Assembly (NCBI GenBank): GCA_964401705.1 | Contig: CAYNZJ010000001.1 | Coordinates: 3,648-67,647, forward strand | DNA: 64,000 nt | Direction of reading: 5' to 3' | Source: an uncultured Candidatus Saccharibacteria bacterium | Lineage (GTDB): Bacteria; Patescibacteriota; Minisyncoccia; Phycocordibacterales; UBA9973 | Shown here: piece by piece, positions 39,586 to 50,365 of the stretch | Position numbering within the stretch: position 1 is the first letter of the stretch | Layout of the letters: every line of letters starts with the position of its first letter | Notes under the pieces: model-generated | Databases searched by the model: none | What the model was told of the DNA's origin: nothing | The model's input: the letters and a program-made list of their open reading frames with translations, nothing else | Program-made: the position numbers and the translations under genes

Positions 39586-40548
39586 CTACACCGAGCCTAG
39601 CACTTTTTCTTGTGCTAAATGTTTTTCATCATGATGCTCGGACTCGTGAGAGTCATGTTCATCATGGTCGGTTGCTTGAATTGAGAAATAAACTGTCGTT
39701 AACATTGAAAAAATGAATGCTTGAATAATACCTACAAAGAATTCCAAGAAAAGAAAAGGAATAGGTAAAAAGAAAGCAAGAAGAGCGCTCATTGAAGCCA
39801 ATAACACTTCTCCAGCAAAAACATTACCATACAAACGGAAAGAAAGTGATGCGACTTTTGCTATTTCACCAATAGCTTCTAACGCTCCTACAAAAAAATG
39901 AATTGGAGCTACAACTAATACTGTTGGATCTTTTAAAAAGTTTCTCATTTTTAATAGTTCCCCAATTTTTATATATTTGTTTATACCCTTCCATAAACCA
40001 AGAACTACAATACCAAATATATTAGAAGCAATTACGGTAAATATTGCAATTGCTAATGTTGTATTAATATCTGCAGTTGCTCCACGAAGCATTGGTATAA
40101 ATACATCATGCCCATCATGGTTTACAATATTTCCAAATGCCCCTACTCCTGGCAATATTCCAACCCAGTTATTAACAAGTACAAAAATAAACAATGAAAA
40201 GGATATTGGAAATATTTTTAAAGAAAGTTTTCTTGAACCAGTTACTTGGTCACATAGATTTAATGCCCCATCAATTATAAGTTCAAAAAAATTCTGAACT
40301 CTTCCAGGAATTAATTTAAGCTTTCTTAACCTAATAAATAGAACTATTAACAAAACAAAAACCACAGCAACCCAGCTTGTTAAAAGTGAATTTGTAACAG
40401 TAAAATTACCAATATTAAAAACTGGTTCTGCATATAGTGTTGCTTCGTGGCTAACATTTTCACTACTAACCCCAGTGGTATCAGCAGTAGAATGTCCAGC
40501 TTGTTCTATAATTTCAGTATTATTATTTAAGTTATTTTCTTGAGTCAT
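39586..40548 (-). CDS. atpB: ATP synthase F0 a subunit
   Basis: FRLYGNVFAGE motif with the conserved Arg. Confidence 0.85.
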   Translation of the reverse strand: MTQENNLNNNTEIIEQAGHSTADTTGVSSENVSHEATLYAEPVFNIGNFTVTNSLLTSWVAVVFVLLIVLFIRLRKLKLIPGRVQNFFELIIDGALNLCDQVTGSRKLSLKIFPISFSLFIFVLVNNWVGILPGVGAFGNIVNHDGHDVFIPMLRGATADINTTLAIAIFTVIASNIFGIVVLGLWKGINKYIKIGELLKMRNFLKDPTVLVVAPIHFFVGALEAIGEIAKVASLSFRLYGNVFAGEVLLASMSALLAFFLPIPFLFLEFFVGIIQAFIFSMLTTVYFSIQATDHDEHDSHESEHHDEKHLAQEKVLGSV

Positions 40549-40553
40549 GTAAA

Positions 40554-40913
40554 TTAATTATTTTTAGTATCGGTATCTTCTAAATGTATATCGTGATAAG
40601 AGAGTTCTCTTATGGATTGGATGTCGTTTTCTTTTCTACTTTTTTCCTCATCTTCACTATTTACTAAAGATCGTAAATATTTTTTTGATTCTTTGATAAG
40701 CCCATAGAAAGAAAAAACTACAGAACCAATAACACATATTAAGAATACATATTGTGGTGCATTTATTTTATCAACAAGGAAATTCCCAAGGAAAAAGCCA
40801 CACAATACAGGAAATGCAATCCAACCAGAAAGACTTAATCCAAAACCTAATTGCCTAGTCATTATGCCTTGCTGTTTTTGTTTCTTATCAATGTTGTTCT
40901 TTATATTGTCCAT
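40554..40913 (-). CDS. AtpZ/AtpI-like small membrane protein upstream of atpB
   Basis: QLGFGLSLSGWIAFPVLCGFFLGNFLVDK resembles the AtpZ pattern; first gene of the operon. Confidence 0.45.
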   Translation of the reverse strand: MDNIKNNIDKKQKQQGIMTRQLGFGLSLSGWIAFPVLCGFFLGNFLVDKINAPQYVFLICVIGSVVFSFYGLIKESKKYLRSLVNSEDEEKSRKENDIQSIRELSYHDIHLEDTDTKNN

Positions 40914-40914
40914 G

Positions 40915-40987
40915 TGCGTGTACTTGGAATCGGACCAAGGACCTCTGTCTTATCAGGACAGCGTTCTACCACTGAACTATACACGCA
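40915..40987 (-). tRNA. tRNA-Ile(GAU)
   Basis: Reverse complement folds as GCGTGTA-TA-GTTCAGTGGTAGAAC-G-CTGTC-CTGATAA-GACAG-AGGTC-CTTGG-TCCGATT-CCAAG-TACACGC-A. T-loop has C at position 55. No encoded CCA. Confidence 0.7.
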
Positions 40988-41040
40988 TGTTTAGATTACA
41001 ACTATAATCTTTTTCATTATATTTATTACATCACCATTAC

Positions 41041-41090
41041 TCGCCCGTCCAAAGCCTTGGCGTCGGCGGGCCACTGAACTATACACGCAT
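41041..41090 (-). repeat. duplicate of first 18 nt of tRNA-Ile 5' end fused to GC-rich hairpin element
   Basis: Reverse complement of 41073-41090 is ATGCGTGTATAGTTCAGTGG, then gcccgtccaaagccttggcgtcggcgggc. Confidence 0.5.
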
Positions 41091-41266
41091 AAAATCTATA
41101 ATTAATAGATTCTAAATAAACAAAATTACACCAGCAGAAATTCCACTGGGCGCCTAAATTATAGCAAATTTATGCTTTTAAAGCAAATAAAAAGGGCTAA
41201 ACCAATTAATTCTAGGTAGCCCTTAACTTTATAAATTCATAATAATCCGCATTATTGGTACCATTT

Positions 41267-42145
41267 TCACCTTCTTTGATTTTTTCTTTCATACATCTCG
41301 AATCTTAATCCACCAAAAAAGTGGTTTTCCTTTTCTACATGATCAAAACCCAACATTAGCGCTAAAGTATGGTTTATTTTTATCCCACTTTCCACCTCAA
41401 AAGAGTATTCGTTTTTATTGGGGTAATAATTTAAAAATCCCTCAAAAAAAACTTTTTCATTTAGAATAGGTTTGCTTTGCGCATAAGCGTTAACTAACCA
41501 ATCTTTAGTATGAAGATTTTTGTACCCGCCAATTTGGGCTTGATAAAAAATGTTCTTTACTATATGAAAATCTGAAAAGACAGTGTTAAGGCCCAACCAA
41601 ATAGATGTGTGGGAATTAAATCTTGCTTGAGCAGATAGGTATATAGGTACCTTTTTGAAAGCAAAATCTGCTGAAATAAAACCAAGACCTACTGTGTCTT
41701 TCGGTTCAATCCAAACATTTTGTCTAGTCCGAAAGTTGTAGAAATTATGAGATGTATCCCAAAATTGTCCAATATACGAGATAGCTATTGGGTAGTAAGC
41801 ACTAATTTCAAGCTTTTCTTCCACTGCGGAAGAACGACAATAATCTCCTCCAGAATCTTGTGCAGAAGATGTTAAAGATAAGAAAATAAAAATTATTATT
41901 CCTGATCCTCCTTTTAACCATTCGTTTATTTCTTTTAATTTTTTTTCTTTCTTTTTGTCCTTATGAAAAATTCCATAAAGTAAAAGAATTGCTCCGCCCA
42001 AAATTACACCCCATCCACCAAGCGAGATATCATCCCACCAAGGATTTTTTTGTATTTTATGATAGAGAAAAAAAGAAATAACAAATATCAAGAAAATTCC
42101 TGCAGAGAGTATATACCCTGCTGTTTTGTTTTTTAGTTTATTCAT
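41267..42145 (-). CDS. hypothetical membrane protein with C-terminal beta-rich domain
   Basis: ORF; TM helices ILSAGIFLIFVISFFLY, GVILGGAILLLYGIF and a further one. Confidence 0.3.
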   Translation of the reverse strand: MNKLKNKTAGYILSAGIFLIFVISFFLYHKIQKNPWWDDISLGGWGVILGGAILLLYGIFHKDKKKEKKLKEINEWLKGGSGIIIFIFLSLTSSAQDSGGDYCRSSAVEEKLEISAYYPIAISYIGQFWDTSHNFYNFRTRQNVWIEPKDTVGLGFISADFAFKKVPIYLSAQARFNSHTSIWLGLNTVFSDFHIVKNIFYQAQIGGYKNLHTKDWLVNAYAQSKPILNEKVFFEGFLNYYPNKNEYSFEVESGIKINHTLALMLGFDHVEKENHFFGGLRFEMYERKNQRR

Positions 42146-42259
42146 AAATATTTTTAATCGGGGATATTTTACCACAAAAACAACCAAAATGCAAAGATTT
42201 TGGTTGGATTATCTTGAATTCAAGCCTATTTTGTAATTAATAATAGGATTATAAAGTAA

Positions 42260-43201
42260 TTATTCTTCGTCTCCAGCATCACCAATTACCCCATTTTGAA
42301 AAGCATCAATTATGTCATCAATCTCCCCCATCATTATTTTCGGTAAATTATGCCATGACATATGTATTCGATGATCAGTAATACGGTCTTGTGGGAAATT
42401 ATAAGTTCTAATTTTTTCACTTCTATCTGCTGTTCCAATTTGGCTAGCTCGATCACCGGCATATTTAGCTGCTTCTTTTTCATCTTCTATCATTTGAAGT
42501 TTAGCTTGAAGCATTTCCATTGCTCGGTCACGGTTGGCTAATTGAGATCGCTCCATTGTACAGCGCACAGCAATCCCTGTTGGTTTATGGATTAGTCTTA
42601 CTGCAGTTTCAACCTTGTTAACATTTTGCCCACCAGCACCACCAGCCCGAGATAATTCCATTTCTAAATCGGCAGGGTTAATTGTAATTTTTGTTTTTTT
42701 ACGGATTGGTAGTATTGCAACACTGGCAGTTGATGTATGAATCCGGCCGTTTTTTTCAGTAAGTGGGATTCTTTGAACTCGATGAACTCCGGTTTCAAAG
42801 CGAAGTAATTTATATACATCTTGTCCTCGAATTTGAAAAGTATCGTCATCTAACATATGAACTGCCCATTTTCTTTTACCAGCATAGCGTTGATACATTT
42901 GAGAAAGTTCACTAGCAAACAAACTAGCTTCGTCACCACCTGCACCAGCGCGCATTTCAACGACAACTTCATTAGGGAATTCTTCTTCCTCTTTTTCGGA
43001 TTTTTCAATTTCTGCAACTTGATCTTCGATTGATTTTATTTGCATATCAATCATTGATAATTCTTCAATTGCCATATCAGACATATCAGGATTTTCTTTA
43101 ATCATATTTTCAACTTCTCCTTTTTCACGCAAAAGCTTCTCGTACTGATGTGCAAGAAATTCGGTTTTATAATTCTCTTTTAATTTTTCAATATCTAACA
43201 T
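42260..43201 (-). CDS. prfA: peptide chain release factor 1
   Basis: GGQ motif [17 protein letters not shown]; [14 protein letters not shown]; PLT tripeptide (PxT type). Confidence 0.85.
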   Translation of the reverse strand: MLDIEKLKENYKTEFLAHQYEKLLREKGEVENMIKENPDMSDMAIEELSMIDMQIKSIEDQVAEIEKSEKEEEEFPNEVVVEMRAGAGGDEASLFASELSQMYQRYAGKRKWAVHMLDDDTFQIRGQDVYKLLRFETGVHRVQRIPLTEKNGRIHTSTASVAILPIRKKTKITINPADLEMELSRAGGAGGQNVNKVETAVRLIHKPTGIAVRCTMERSQLANRDRAMEMLQAKLQMIEDEKEAAKYAGDRASQIGTADRSEKIRTYNFPQDRITDHRIHMSWHNLPKIMMGEIDDIIDAFQNGVIGDAGDEE

Positions 43202-43222
43202 GAGTATATTTATTATAACACA

Positions 43223-43280
43223 AACCCCCTCTTAATCTCCCCCTTCTTAGGGGGAGATGTCCGCAAGGACAGAGGGGGGG
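43223..43280. repeat. GC-rich nested palindromic element (family A)
   Basis: aaccccctcttaatctcccccttcttagggggagatgtccgcaaggacagaggggggg holds three nested dyads. A partial copy is at 50455-50490. Confidence 0.55.
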
Positions 43281-43291
43281 TACTGTATTAG

Positions 43292-43549
43292 TTAAGCTTT
43301 TTTAAGAGAAGCTCTTTTCTTGAATTTATCAACACGTCCTGCAGTATCAAGAACACGTTCTTGTCCTGTATAAAATGGATGTGTAGCTGATGAAATTTCA
43401 ACAAAATATGCTGGGTATTCTTTACCATCACCTTCGTATTTAACGGTTTCTGTTGTTTTAACAGTAGAAAAAGTTAAAAACTGCGCTCCTGTACCAGAGT
43501 CAATAAATACAACTTGACGATAATCTTTTGGGTGGATATCTTTCTTCAT
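43292..43549 (-). CDS. rpmE: 50S ribosomal protein L31
   Basis: [29 protein letters not shown]...HPFYTG. Confidence 0.85.
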   Translation of the reverse strand: MKKDIHPKDYRQVVFIDSGTGAQFLTFSTVKTTETVKYEGDGKEYPAYFVEISSATHPFYTGQERVLDTAGRVDKFKKRASLKKA

Positions 43550-43610
43550 ATGTATTAATATAGCATAAAATATAGAAATTGCAATTTTTTATAAAATTTG
43601 CGATCTAATT

Positions 43611-44999
43611 TTATCTTCTAGACACTCCATATTCTTTTAAATAATCAATGTCAGCTTGGATGCTGGATACACGAGCCATAACTTGTTTACCATAACTACA
43701 ATCAGACCCTCCAGACCCATAATATCTACAAGCAGCTTTGATTTGAGAACTATAAGTAGATCCAGCCCCAATATCAGCTAAATAAATAGATGAAGCAGTT
43801 ATCGAGTCTCTAGCATTCCAAGGATTAGCACTACCAGTAATTGCAATTATTCTTTTTTCTACACCTTTCCAAGTAGACGGAATAAACTGAGCTGGGCCCA
43901 TGGCTCCACCCCAACCTTGTACACCAGCAATAGGACAAGAAACCACTGTTTTTTTATAATCCATACCAAGTCTAGATGTGATTTCAATAAAAGGCTTAAC
44001 ATCTCGAGTTGGCTTCATACCATTAGCGAATACTTTATTTGTGTTTATATTAATAGCTGAACCAGTAGTTTCATCTAATAAATAACATTTACCGACATTA
44101 GCCCCTAAAGCTGATTCTTGAGTTAAAATAGCCAAAACAAGTGAAGCTGGGACACCAGTATGAGTTTGAGCACTCTCAGCATACTGCAATGCTGTACCAA
44201 AAGGAATTGCTTTGGTTTCCCCACCAGCAAAGTTAAATAAACGGGCTTTGATTTCAGCGGCCTTTTTTTCTTTTTCAGCTTTTACTTTTTCATACTCAGA
44301 CTCTTTACCTTTACTTAATTTAAGCATTGCTTGACGTTCTTTCTCGTTAGCTTCAACAGCTTTTTTAGCACTTTCTATTTTAGCTTTTGCATCAATTTGT
44401 TCGTCTTGTTTTTTAATTAATTCAGTTTTTTGAATTTCAACTTGCTTTTTATTATCACGAACAATTCCCAGCGAATCTCCAATAGAATCTTTGATACTAT
44501 TATAGTCGTCTAAATCTTGATAAAAATCAGATAATGTTTCTCCAGACATAATTACATGGACAAAAGATGTTTCATCTTGTAATTCATATGATTTACGGAT
44601 AAGCTCTGCTAACGATTCTCTTTCTCTTTCTATTTTTTCAGTTAAAGAATAGATGGTTTTGTTTTTATTATCAATTTCACCACCCAATTTTTCAATTAAT
44701 ACATTTTTTGCTCGAATATCTATTTTAGATTGATTAATTTTAGTATTTAAAATATCAATGTCACGTTTAAGTGAAGCAGATTGACCTTTTTGATTTTGAA
44801 GTTGAGCGGTGACTTCGGCTAGTTCTTTTTCAAGACCAGCTAGTTCTTGCTCTAAAATAGCTCGTTTATTTTGAGCATCCTGAATTTCACTAACTTGAGC
44901 AAATGTAGATAAAGGAGCAAAAAAAACATTCGTAATGGAAAAAATAACCAAAACAAAAATATAAATATACCGCAATTTAAAAAATCGTACCATACACAT
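43611..44999 (-). CDS. secreted coiled-coil protein with C-terminal lytic-transglycosylase-like (SLT/GEWL-like) domain
   Basis: Signal/TM N-terminus, long coiled coil. C-terminal ILTQESALGAN...GAMGPAQFIPSTW resembles the SLT catalytic Glu region. Confidence 0.45.
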   Translation of the reverse strand: MCMVRFFKLRYIYIFVLVIFSITNVFFAPLSTFAQVSEIQDAQNKRAILEQELAGLEKELAEVTAQLQNQKGQSASLKRDIDILNTKINQSKIDIRAKNVLIEKLGGEIDNKNKTIYSLTEKIERERESLAELIRKSYELQDETSFVHVIMSGETLSDFYQDLDDYNSIKDSIGDSLGIVRDNKKQVEIQKTELIKKQDEQIDAKAKIESAKKAVEANEKERQAMLKLSKGKESEYEKVKAEKEKKAAEIKARLFNFAGGETKAIPFGTALQYAESAQTHTGVPASLVLAILTQESALGANVGKCYLLDETTGSAININTNKVFANGMKPTRDVKPFIEITSRLGMDYKKTVVSCPIAGVQGWGGAMGPAQFIPSTWKGVEKRIIAITGSANPWNARDSITASSIYLADIGAGSTYSSQIKAACRYYGSGGSDCSYGKQVMARVSSIQADIDYLKEYGVSRR

Positions 45000-45031
45000 A
45001 GTATAGCACGATTTTTTATTAATTTTATGAA

Positions 45032-45661
45032 TTATTCCCCAGCTTGGTCAGATTCTTTTTTACCTTTCTTTTCAACTTCAATATTAGTTAAATCAATTGG
45101 AGCTTGTTCTTTTTCTTCGTGGACTTCGGTAACTGCAGCTACGACTTCATCTGAATCAGTGACGAGCTCAACACCTTTTGGTAATTTAATATCACTAGCA
45201 AAAACATTATCATCCAATGTTGCTAATTTTGAAATATCAGCAGTTAAACTATGTGGCATATCAGCTGGTAATGCTTCAACTTCAACTTCATGAAGTACTT
45301 TAACTAATACTCCAGCACCACTTTTAACAGCTTCTGAAACACCAGTAAATTCTAAAGGAACACTTGCTGTAATTTTCTTTTTAAGGTCAACACAAAGAAA
45401 ATCAATATGCAAAGCAAATCCTCGGATTGGATCCAATTGGATTTCATGAATTAGAACTGGTAAATCTTTACCATCTAAATTTAAACTAATAGTTGTTGTC
45501 TCTCCTGCTTCTTTGTAAACTTTTTTGAAGTCGATAGCTGGTACAGAGATAGGAGTATTCTCTACGCCAGCGCCATAAACCACAGCTGGAACCAATCCAT
45601 TTTTACGGACCAATTCTAGTTTGTCGGTTTTACTTCGCTTTTGTGCGTTTAATTTAATCAT
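45032..45661 (-). CDS. rplY: 50S ribosomal protein L25 / general stress protein Ctc
   Basis: MIKLNAQKRSKTDKLELVRKNGLVPAVVYG. Confidence 0.8.
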   Translation of the reverse strand: MIKLNAQKRSKTDKLELVRKNGLVPAVVYGAGVENTPISVPAIDFKKVYKEAGETTTISLNLDGKDLPVLIHEIQLDPIRGFALHIDFLCVDLKKKITASVPLEFTGVSEAVKSGAGVLVKVLHEVEVEALPADMPHSLTADISKLATLDDNVFASDIKLPKGVELVTDSDEVVAAVTEVHEEKEQAPIDLTNIEVEKKGKKESDQAGE

Positions 45662-45704
45662 GGGTTTTATATTAGCATAATATGCTTATTTTGGCAAACT
45701 AAAA

Positions 45705-46667
45705 TTAATCCCAATTGAAATTGTGCCCAAAATGACCCCATATACAGGTACTAGTATATTTAACTGTATCTAATTTTAAAAATTCTCTTATACCTTTTGG
45801 GGTTAAATCATAATCTGCGATAACCTTCTCTACCCCATCAATAATAGCTACCGCCATTACAGGCTCGGCTTTACCAATAGCATAAGCTAGTTTGATATAA
45901 ACTTTATTAGCATTGTTAGATTTAAGTAAATCAACAGCAATTTTTCTAGCCATGTATGCTCCGCTTCGGTCAACTTTGGTATAATCTTTACCTGAAAATG
46001 ACCCCCCGCCAATTGAAATTTCAGGGCCGTAATTATCAATAATTAATTTTCGGCCAGATAGCCCAGTATCTGCGTCAAAACCACCTAAGACCCACTCACC
46101 AGCTGGGTTAATTAAATATTCAGTATCAGCATCACCAATTATACTTTTTACAAGTGGTAGTAATTCTTGGTTCTTTGAATTTTGAAAACTTACAACTACA
46201 GTTTTTACTTTAAAATCTATAATAGCATCATTTACATATTCAATCGTAACCTGGGTTTTACCATCATAAGGGTAAACTGCATAAATTTTTTGAGCTAAAT
46301 TCCGAGCTAAAATATATTCCAATGGAAGCAATTCTTTTGTTTCGTTGGTTGCATAACCGCACATTATGCCTTGGTCCCCAGCACCACCAGTATCAACCCC
46401 ACTAGCTATTTCAGGACTTTGTTTAACAATGTTTATAATGACTTTATAATCTTGCCCAACAATTTGCTTAACAACCTTTTCAACATCTGGCGATCCAGTA
46501 CTGGTTACTTCACCATTAATAGTAATTAAATTATGCCCACCCATAACTTCAATAGCAACGCGTGAATTAATATCATTTTCTAAATACGCATCTAAAATTG
46601 AATCCGCAATAAAATCACAAATTTTATCAGGATGTTTAGGAGTTACAAATTCTGCAGTTTTAATCAT
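45705..46667 (-). CDS. metK: S-adenosylmethionine synthetase, compact form (320 aa)
   Basis: KHPDKICDFIADSILDAYL, GGHNLITINGEVTS, GGGSFSGKDYTKVDRSGAYMAR. Confidence 0.75.
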   Translation of the reverse strand: MIKTAEFVTPKHPDKICDFIADSILDAYLENDINSRVAIEVMGGHNLITINGEVTSTGSPDVEKVVKQIVGQDYKVIINIVKQSPEIASGVDTGGAGDQGIMCGYATNETKELLPLEYILARNLAQKIYAVYPYDGKTQVTIEYVNDAIIDFKVKTVVVSFQNSKNQELLPLVKSIIGDADTEYLINPAGEWVLGGFDADTGLSGRKLIIDNYGPEISIGGGSFSGKDYTKVDRSGAYMARKIAVDLLKSNNANKVYIKLAYAIGKAEPVMAVAIIDGVEKVIADYDLTPKGIREFLKLDTVKYTSTCIWGHFGHNFNWD

Positions 46668-46691
46668 GAGATTGATTATACCACAAGCATT

Positions 46692-47762
46692 TTAAATCCC
46701 TTCTTTTTTGAGTTCTTCCAATAATTCTTTAGCTTTTTTGGAAATCTTTTTCGGTATGTTTATTTTAATACGCAAAATTGCGCTACCGCGAGACCCACCA
46801 CTGTGTGGTATACCGCGTGATTTGATTATCAAATTCTCCCCGTCATTTGACCCAGCTGGTACGGTTACATTAATAACACCATCAATTAATTCAATATCTT
46901 TTTTAATACCTAAAATAGCTTCAGTAGGAGTAATATTTAAATTATAAATTAAATTTGCGCCAGATCGCTCAACATTAGGATTATTTTTAACAATTAAATT
47001 TAAATACAAATCCCCTATTTTACCATTTTTAATAAACTCACCTCCACCGGTAAGCTTTAAAGTGTCCCCATGTGAAGAGCCTGCTGGAATATTTATTTTT
47101 AATTCAACTTCTTTATTTTCACCACCAGTACCATTACAATTTTTACATTTCTTTTTTATTATTTTACCAGTGCCATCACAATTATCACACATTGATACTT
47201 GTTGAAATGCCCCAAGCATTGTTCGGCGAAGAGTTGTAATTTGACCAGAACCATTACACTTACTGCAGGTTTCTGGTTTTTCATCTTTGTCCCCACCTGT
47301 TCCACTACAAGTACTACATTTTGTATGTTTTTTAATACGAATTATTTTTTCAGCCCCAAAGATAGCTTCATTAAAAGTTAGATTTATTTCAGTTACTAAA
47401 TCGCGACCTTTTCTTGGACTATTTTGACTACCGCGCATACCCCCACCAAAAAAGTCTCCAAAAATATCACCCAAATCCCCCATATCAAAATCAAAACCTT
47501 GCTGAGAAAATCCACCATAACCTGCGCCATATCCGCCAGCTCCTGCACCAGAAAAATCAGTATGTCCATATTGGTCATACTGCGCACGTTTAGCATCATC
47601 ACTTAAGACTTGATAAGCTTCATTGGCTTCTTTAAATTTAGCATCGTCACCTCCTGGTTTATCCGGATGGTATTTGTGTGCCATTTTATGAAAAGCTCTT
47701 TTTATTTCGTCTTTCGATGCACCTTTTTGTATTCCTAATGTTTCGTAATAATCTTTGGACAT
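46692..47762 (-). CDS. dnaJ: chaperone DnaJ
   Basis: J-domain YYETLGI...HPDK; G/F-rich region; four CxxCxGxG repeats. Confidence 0.9.
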   Translation of the reverse strand: MSKDYYETLGIQKGASKDEIKRAFHKMAHKYHPDKPGGDDAKFKEANEAYQVLSDDAKRAQYDQYGHTDFSGAGAGGYGAGYGGFSQQGFDFDMGDLGDIFGDFFGGGMRGSQNSPRKGRDLVTEINLTFNEAIFGAEKIIRIKKHTKCSTCSGTGGDKDEKPETCSKCNGSGQITTLRRTMLGAFQQVSMCDNCDGTGKIIKKKCKNCNGTGGENKEVELKINIPAGSSHGDTLKLTGGGEFIKNGKIGDLYLNLIVKNNPNVERSGANLIYNLNITPTEAILGIKKDIELIDGVINVTVPAGSNDGENLIIKSRGIPHSGGSRGSAILRIKINIPKKISKKAKELLEELKKEGI

Positions 47763-47770
47763 AAATATTA

Positions 47771-48322
47771 TTATATATTAATTTGTCTCAAACGCTCATA
47801 AAGTGCAATAGCAACGCTAACAGATGCATTTAGGGATTCAACTTTACTATCCATTGGAATAGCTAAACCATAATCACATAATTTCATAGTCATAGCATGG
47901 ATGCCTTCACCTTCACTACCTACTACTATTCCAACTTTACCAGTTAAGTCTGATTTCCATAAATTCGTATCACCACTCATAAAAAGTCCATGCACCCAAA
48001 ATCCATTTTCTTTCATTGTGCGGATGGCGTCATTAACATTCATCGCAATAACCGGTATCATCCCTGCTGTACCGGCAGAAGTGTGCATTACTGTGTCGTT
48101 AATTGGAGCTTGATTATTTTTAGCAATAATTATTGCATCAACACCAGAGGCAACACTGGACCTAATAATTGCCCCAACATTATGAACATCGGTTAATTCA
48201 TCCAACACTACGATACAAGCATTTTTTTTATCTTTTGTAGTGCGCAAAACATCGCGAAGAGTAATGCTACTTTCCGCGATATTTGCTGGCACCTTGTATT
48301 TAGGCGCTCTTTTCTCCCTCAT
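47771..48322 (-). CDS. SpoU/TrmH-family RNA 2'-O-methyltransferase
   Basis: [28 protein letters not shown]. Start trimmed to MREKRAPKY to reduce overlap with dnaK. Confidence 0.65.
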   Translation of the reverse strand: MREKRAPKYKVPANIAESSITLRDVLRTTKDKKNACIVVLDELTDVHNVGAIIRSSVASGVDAIIIAKNNQAPINDTVMHTSAGTAGMIPVIAMNVNDAIRTMKENGFWVHGLFMSGDTNLWKSDLTGKVGIVVGSEGEGIHAMTMKLCDYGLAIPMDSKVESLNASVSVAIALYERLRQINI

Positions 48323-50201
48323 CTTGATTTTTCTCTGTAAATTCTGCTTCTTTTGCTTCGCCTTCTGAACTGTTAGTATCTGTTTTTGGAGCATCTTGGT
48401 TAGCTTTATTCATTTCTTCACCAATTTTGCTCATAGCATTACTTAAGCTTTCAGTTTTTTCTTTAATTGCATTTTGATCATCACCATCTTTGACGGCTTT
48501 CAAGTCAGCAATTGATTTTTCAACCAATTCTTTTGTCTCGGCGCTAACTTTATCACCAGCGTCTTTTAATGATTTTTCTGCAGTGTATAGTAACATTTCA
48601 GCAGTGTTTTTAGTATCAACTAATTCTTTTTTCTTTGCATCTTCGTCGGCATATTTTTCGGCATCTTGTTTCATCTTTTCAATGTCAGCGTCGGATAATC
48701 CACTAGAGGCTTCAATACGAATACTCTGCTCTTTACCACTGGCTTTATCTTTTGCTTTAACTGAAAGTATACCGTTAGCATCAACATCAAAACTAACTTC
48801 AATTTGTGGCATACCGCGTGGTGCTGGTGGAATACCATCTAAAATAAATCGTCCAAGTGATTTATTATCTTGCGCCATTTGGCGTTCACCTTGGGTAATG
48901 TGAATTTCCACACTGGTTTGATTATCACCAGCAGTTGAAAATACTTGGGAACGGTTTGTAGGAATAGTTGTATTTTTTTCAATAAGTTTTGTTGCAACGC
49001 CACCTAATGTTTCAATTCCTAGTGATAGCGGAATAACATCCAGTAGTAACACATCACGGACATCACCTTGTAAAACTCCACCTTGAACTGCAGCACCAAG
49101 TGCTACAACTTCATCTGGGTTAATTGTGCGGTTTGGTTCTTTACCAAATAATGCTTTTACAGCTTCAATAATTGCTGGCATACGGGTTTGTCCACCAACA
49201 AGTATAACTTCATCTATTTCAGTTGCTTTAAAAGGACTAGCTTCAATTGCACGCTTTGTAATTTCAATTGAACGGTCAATATATTCTTTTGCTAATTCTT
49301 CCAGTTTTGCACGAGTCATTTTAAGTAGTAAATGCTTTGGACCACTAGCGTCAGATGTAATAAACGGAATATTTATTTCTGATTCCATAGTAGTTGATAA
49401 TTCGTGTTTAACTTTCTCCGCTGCTTCTTTAAGACGTTGCAATGCTAAAGTATCTTTTGTGATATCAATACCACTTTCTTTTTTAAATTCATCAGCAATG
49501 TAGCGAATTATTTTTTGGTCAATGTCTTCACCACCCATGTGTGAATCACCATCGGTTGATTTAACTTCAATAACATCATCACCAACTTCAAGAATTGATA
49601 CATCAAATGTTCCACCTCCAAAGTCATACACGGCGATTTTTTCATTTTTCTTTTTGTTAAACCCGTATGCTAGTGCAGCGGCAGTTGGCTCGTTAATGAT
49701 TCGCTTTACATCAAGTCCGGCAATTGCTCCGGCGTCTTTTGTAGCTTTTCTTTGAGCATCATTAAAATATGCTGGAACAGTAATTACTGCTTCGGTTACC
49801 TTTTCACCTAGTTTAGCTTCAACATCGGCTTTGATTTTAGCTAATATCATTGCGGAAATTTCTTCGGGACGAGTGAATTCTTCACCAATTTTAACCATTA
49901 CTCCACCGTCTTGCCCAGCTTGTGTTTTAAATGACAAAGTATCTTTACCTTTCATTATTTCCGGATCAGAGAAAAGATGCCCCATGAATCGTTTGATACC
50001 ATAAATAGTATTTTCCGGGTTTGTTACAGCTTGACGTTTTGCCAGTAATCCCACAAGCCGTTCGCCTGTTTTACTAATTGCAACGATACTTGGTGTTGTA
50101 CGGTTACCTTCGATATTTTCTATAATTTTTGGTTGCCCAGCTTCTATAATAGCTACTGCACTGTTTGTTGTACCTAAATCGATACCTATGATTTTTGACA
50201 T
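48300..50201 (-). CDS. dnaK: chaperone DnaK (Hsp70)
   Basis: [30 protein letters not shown], 633 aa. Confidence 0.95.
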   Translation of the reverse strand: MSKIIGIDLGTTNSAVAIIEAGQPKIIENIEGNRTTPSIVAISKTGERLVGLLAKRQAVTNPENTIYGIKRFMGHLFSDPEIMKGKDTLSFKTQAGQDGGVMVKIGEEFTRPEEISAMILAKIKADVEAKLGEKVTEAVITVPAYFNDAQRKATKDAGAIAGLDVKRIINEPTAAALAYGFNKKKNEKIAVYDFGGGTFDVSILEVGDDVIEVKSTDGDSHMGGEDIDQKIIRYIADEFKKESGIDITKDTLALQRLKEAAEKVKHELSTTMESEINIPFITSDASGPKHLLLKMTRAKLEELAKEYIDRSIEITKRAIEASPFKATEIDEVILVGGQTRMPAIIEAVKALFGKEPNRTINPDEVVALGAAVQGGVLQGDVRDVLLLDVIPLSLGIETLGGVATKLIEKNTTIPTNRSQVFSTAGDNQTSVEIHITQGERQMAQDNKSLGRFILDGIPPAPRGMPQIEVSFDVDANGILSVKAKDKASGKEQSIRIEASSGLSDADIEKMKQDAEKYADEDAKKKELVDTKNTAEMLLYTAEKSLKDAGDKVSAETKELVEKSIADLKAVKDGDDQNAIKEKTESLSNAMSKIGEEMNKANQDAPKTDTNSSEGEAKEAEFTEKNQDEGEKSA

Positions 50202-50365
50202 ATTATTTTTCTTGTCTCGCCATAGCTTTATGCATAGGCGGATATTAACTTATAATTTTTTAATAATTTATATTTGGATTATATACTAAGCTCATATTTT
50301 TGACAAGTATTTAGCGACCGCAAAAAGCTTGTAAAATGTGGATAACTATATTATATTATAAATAT

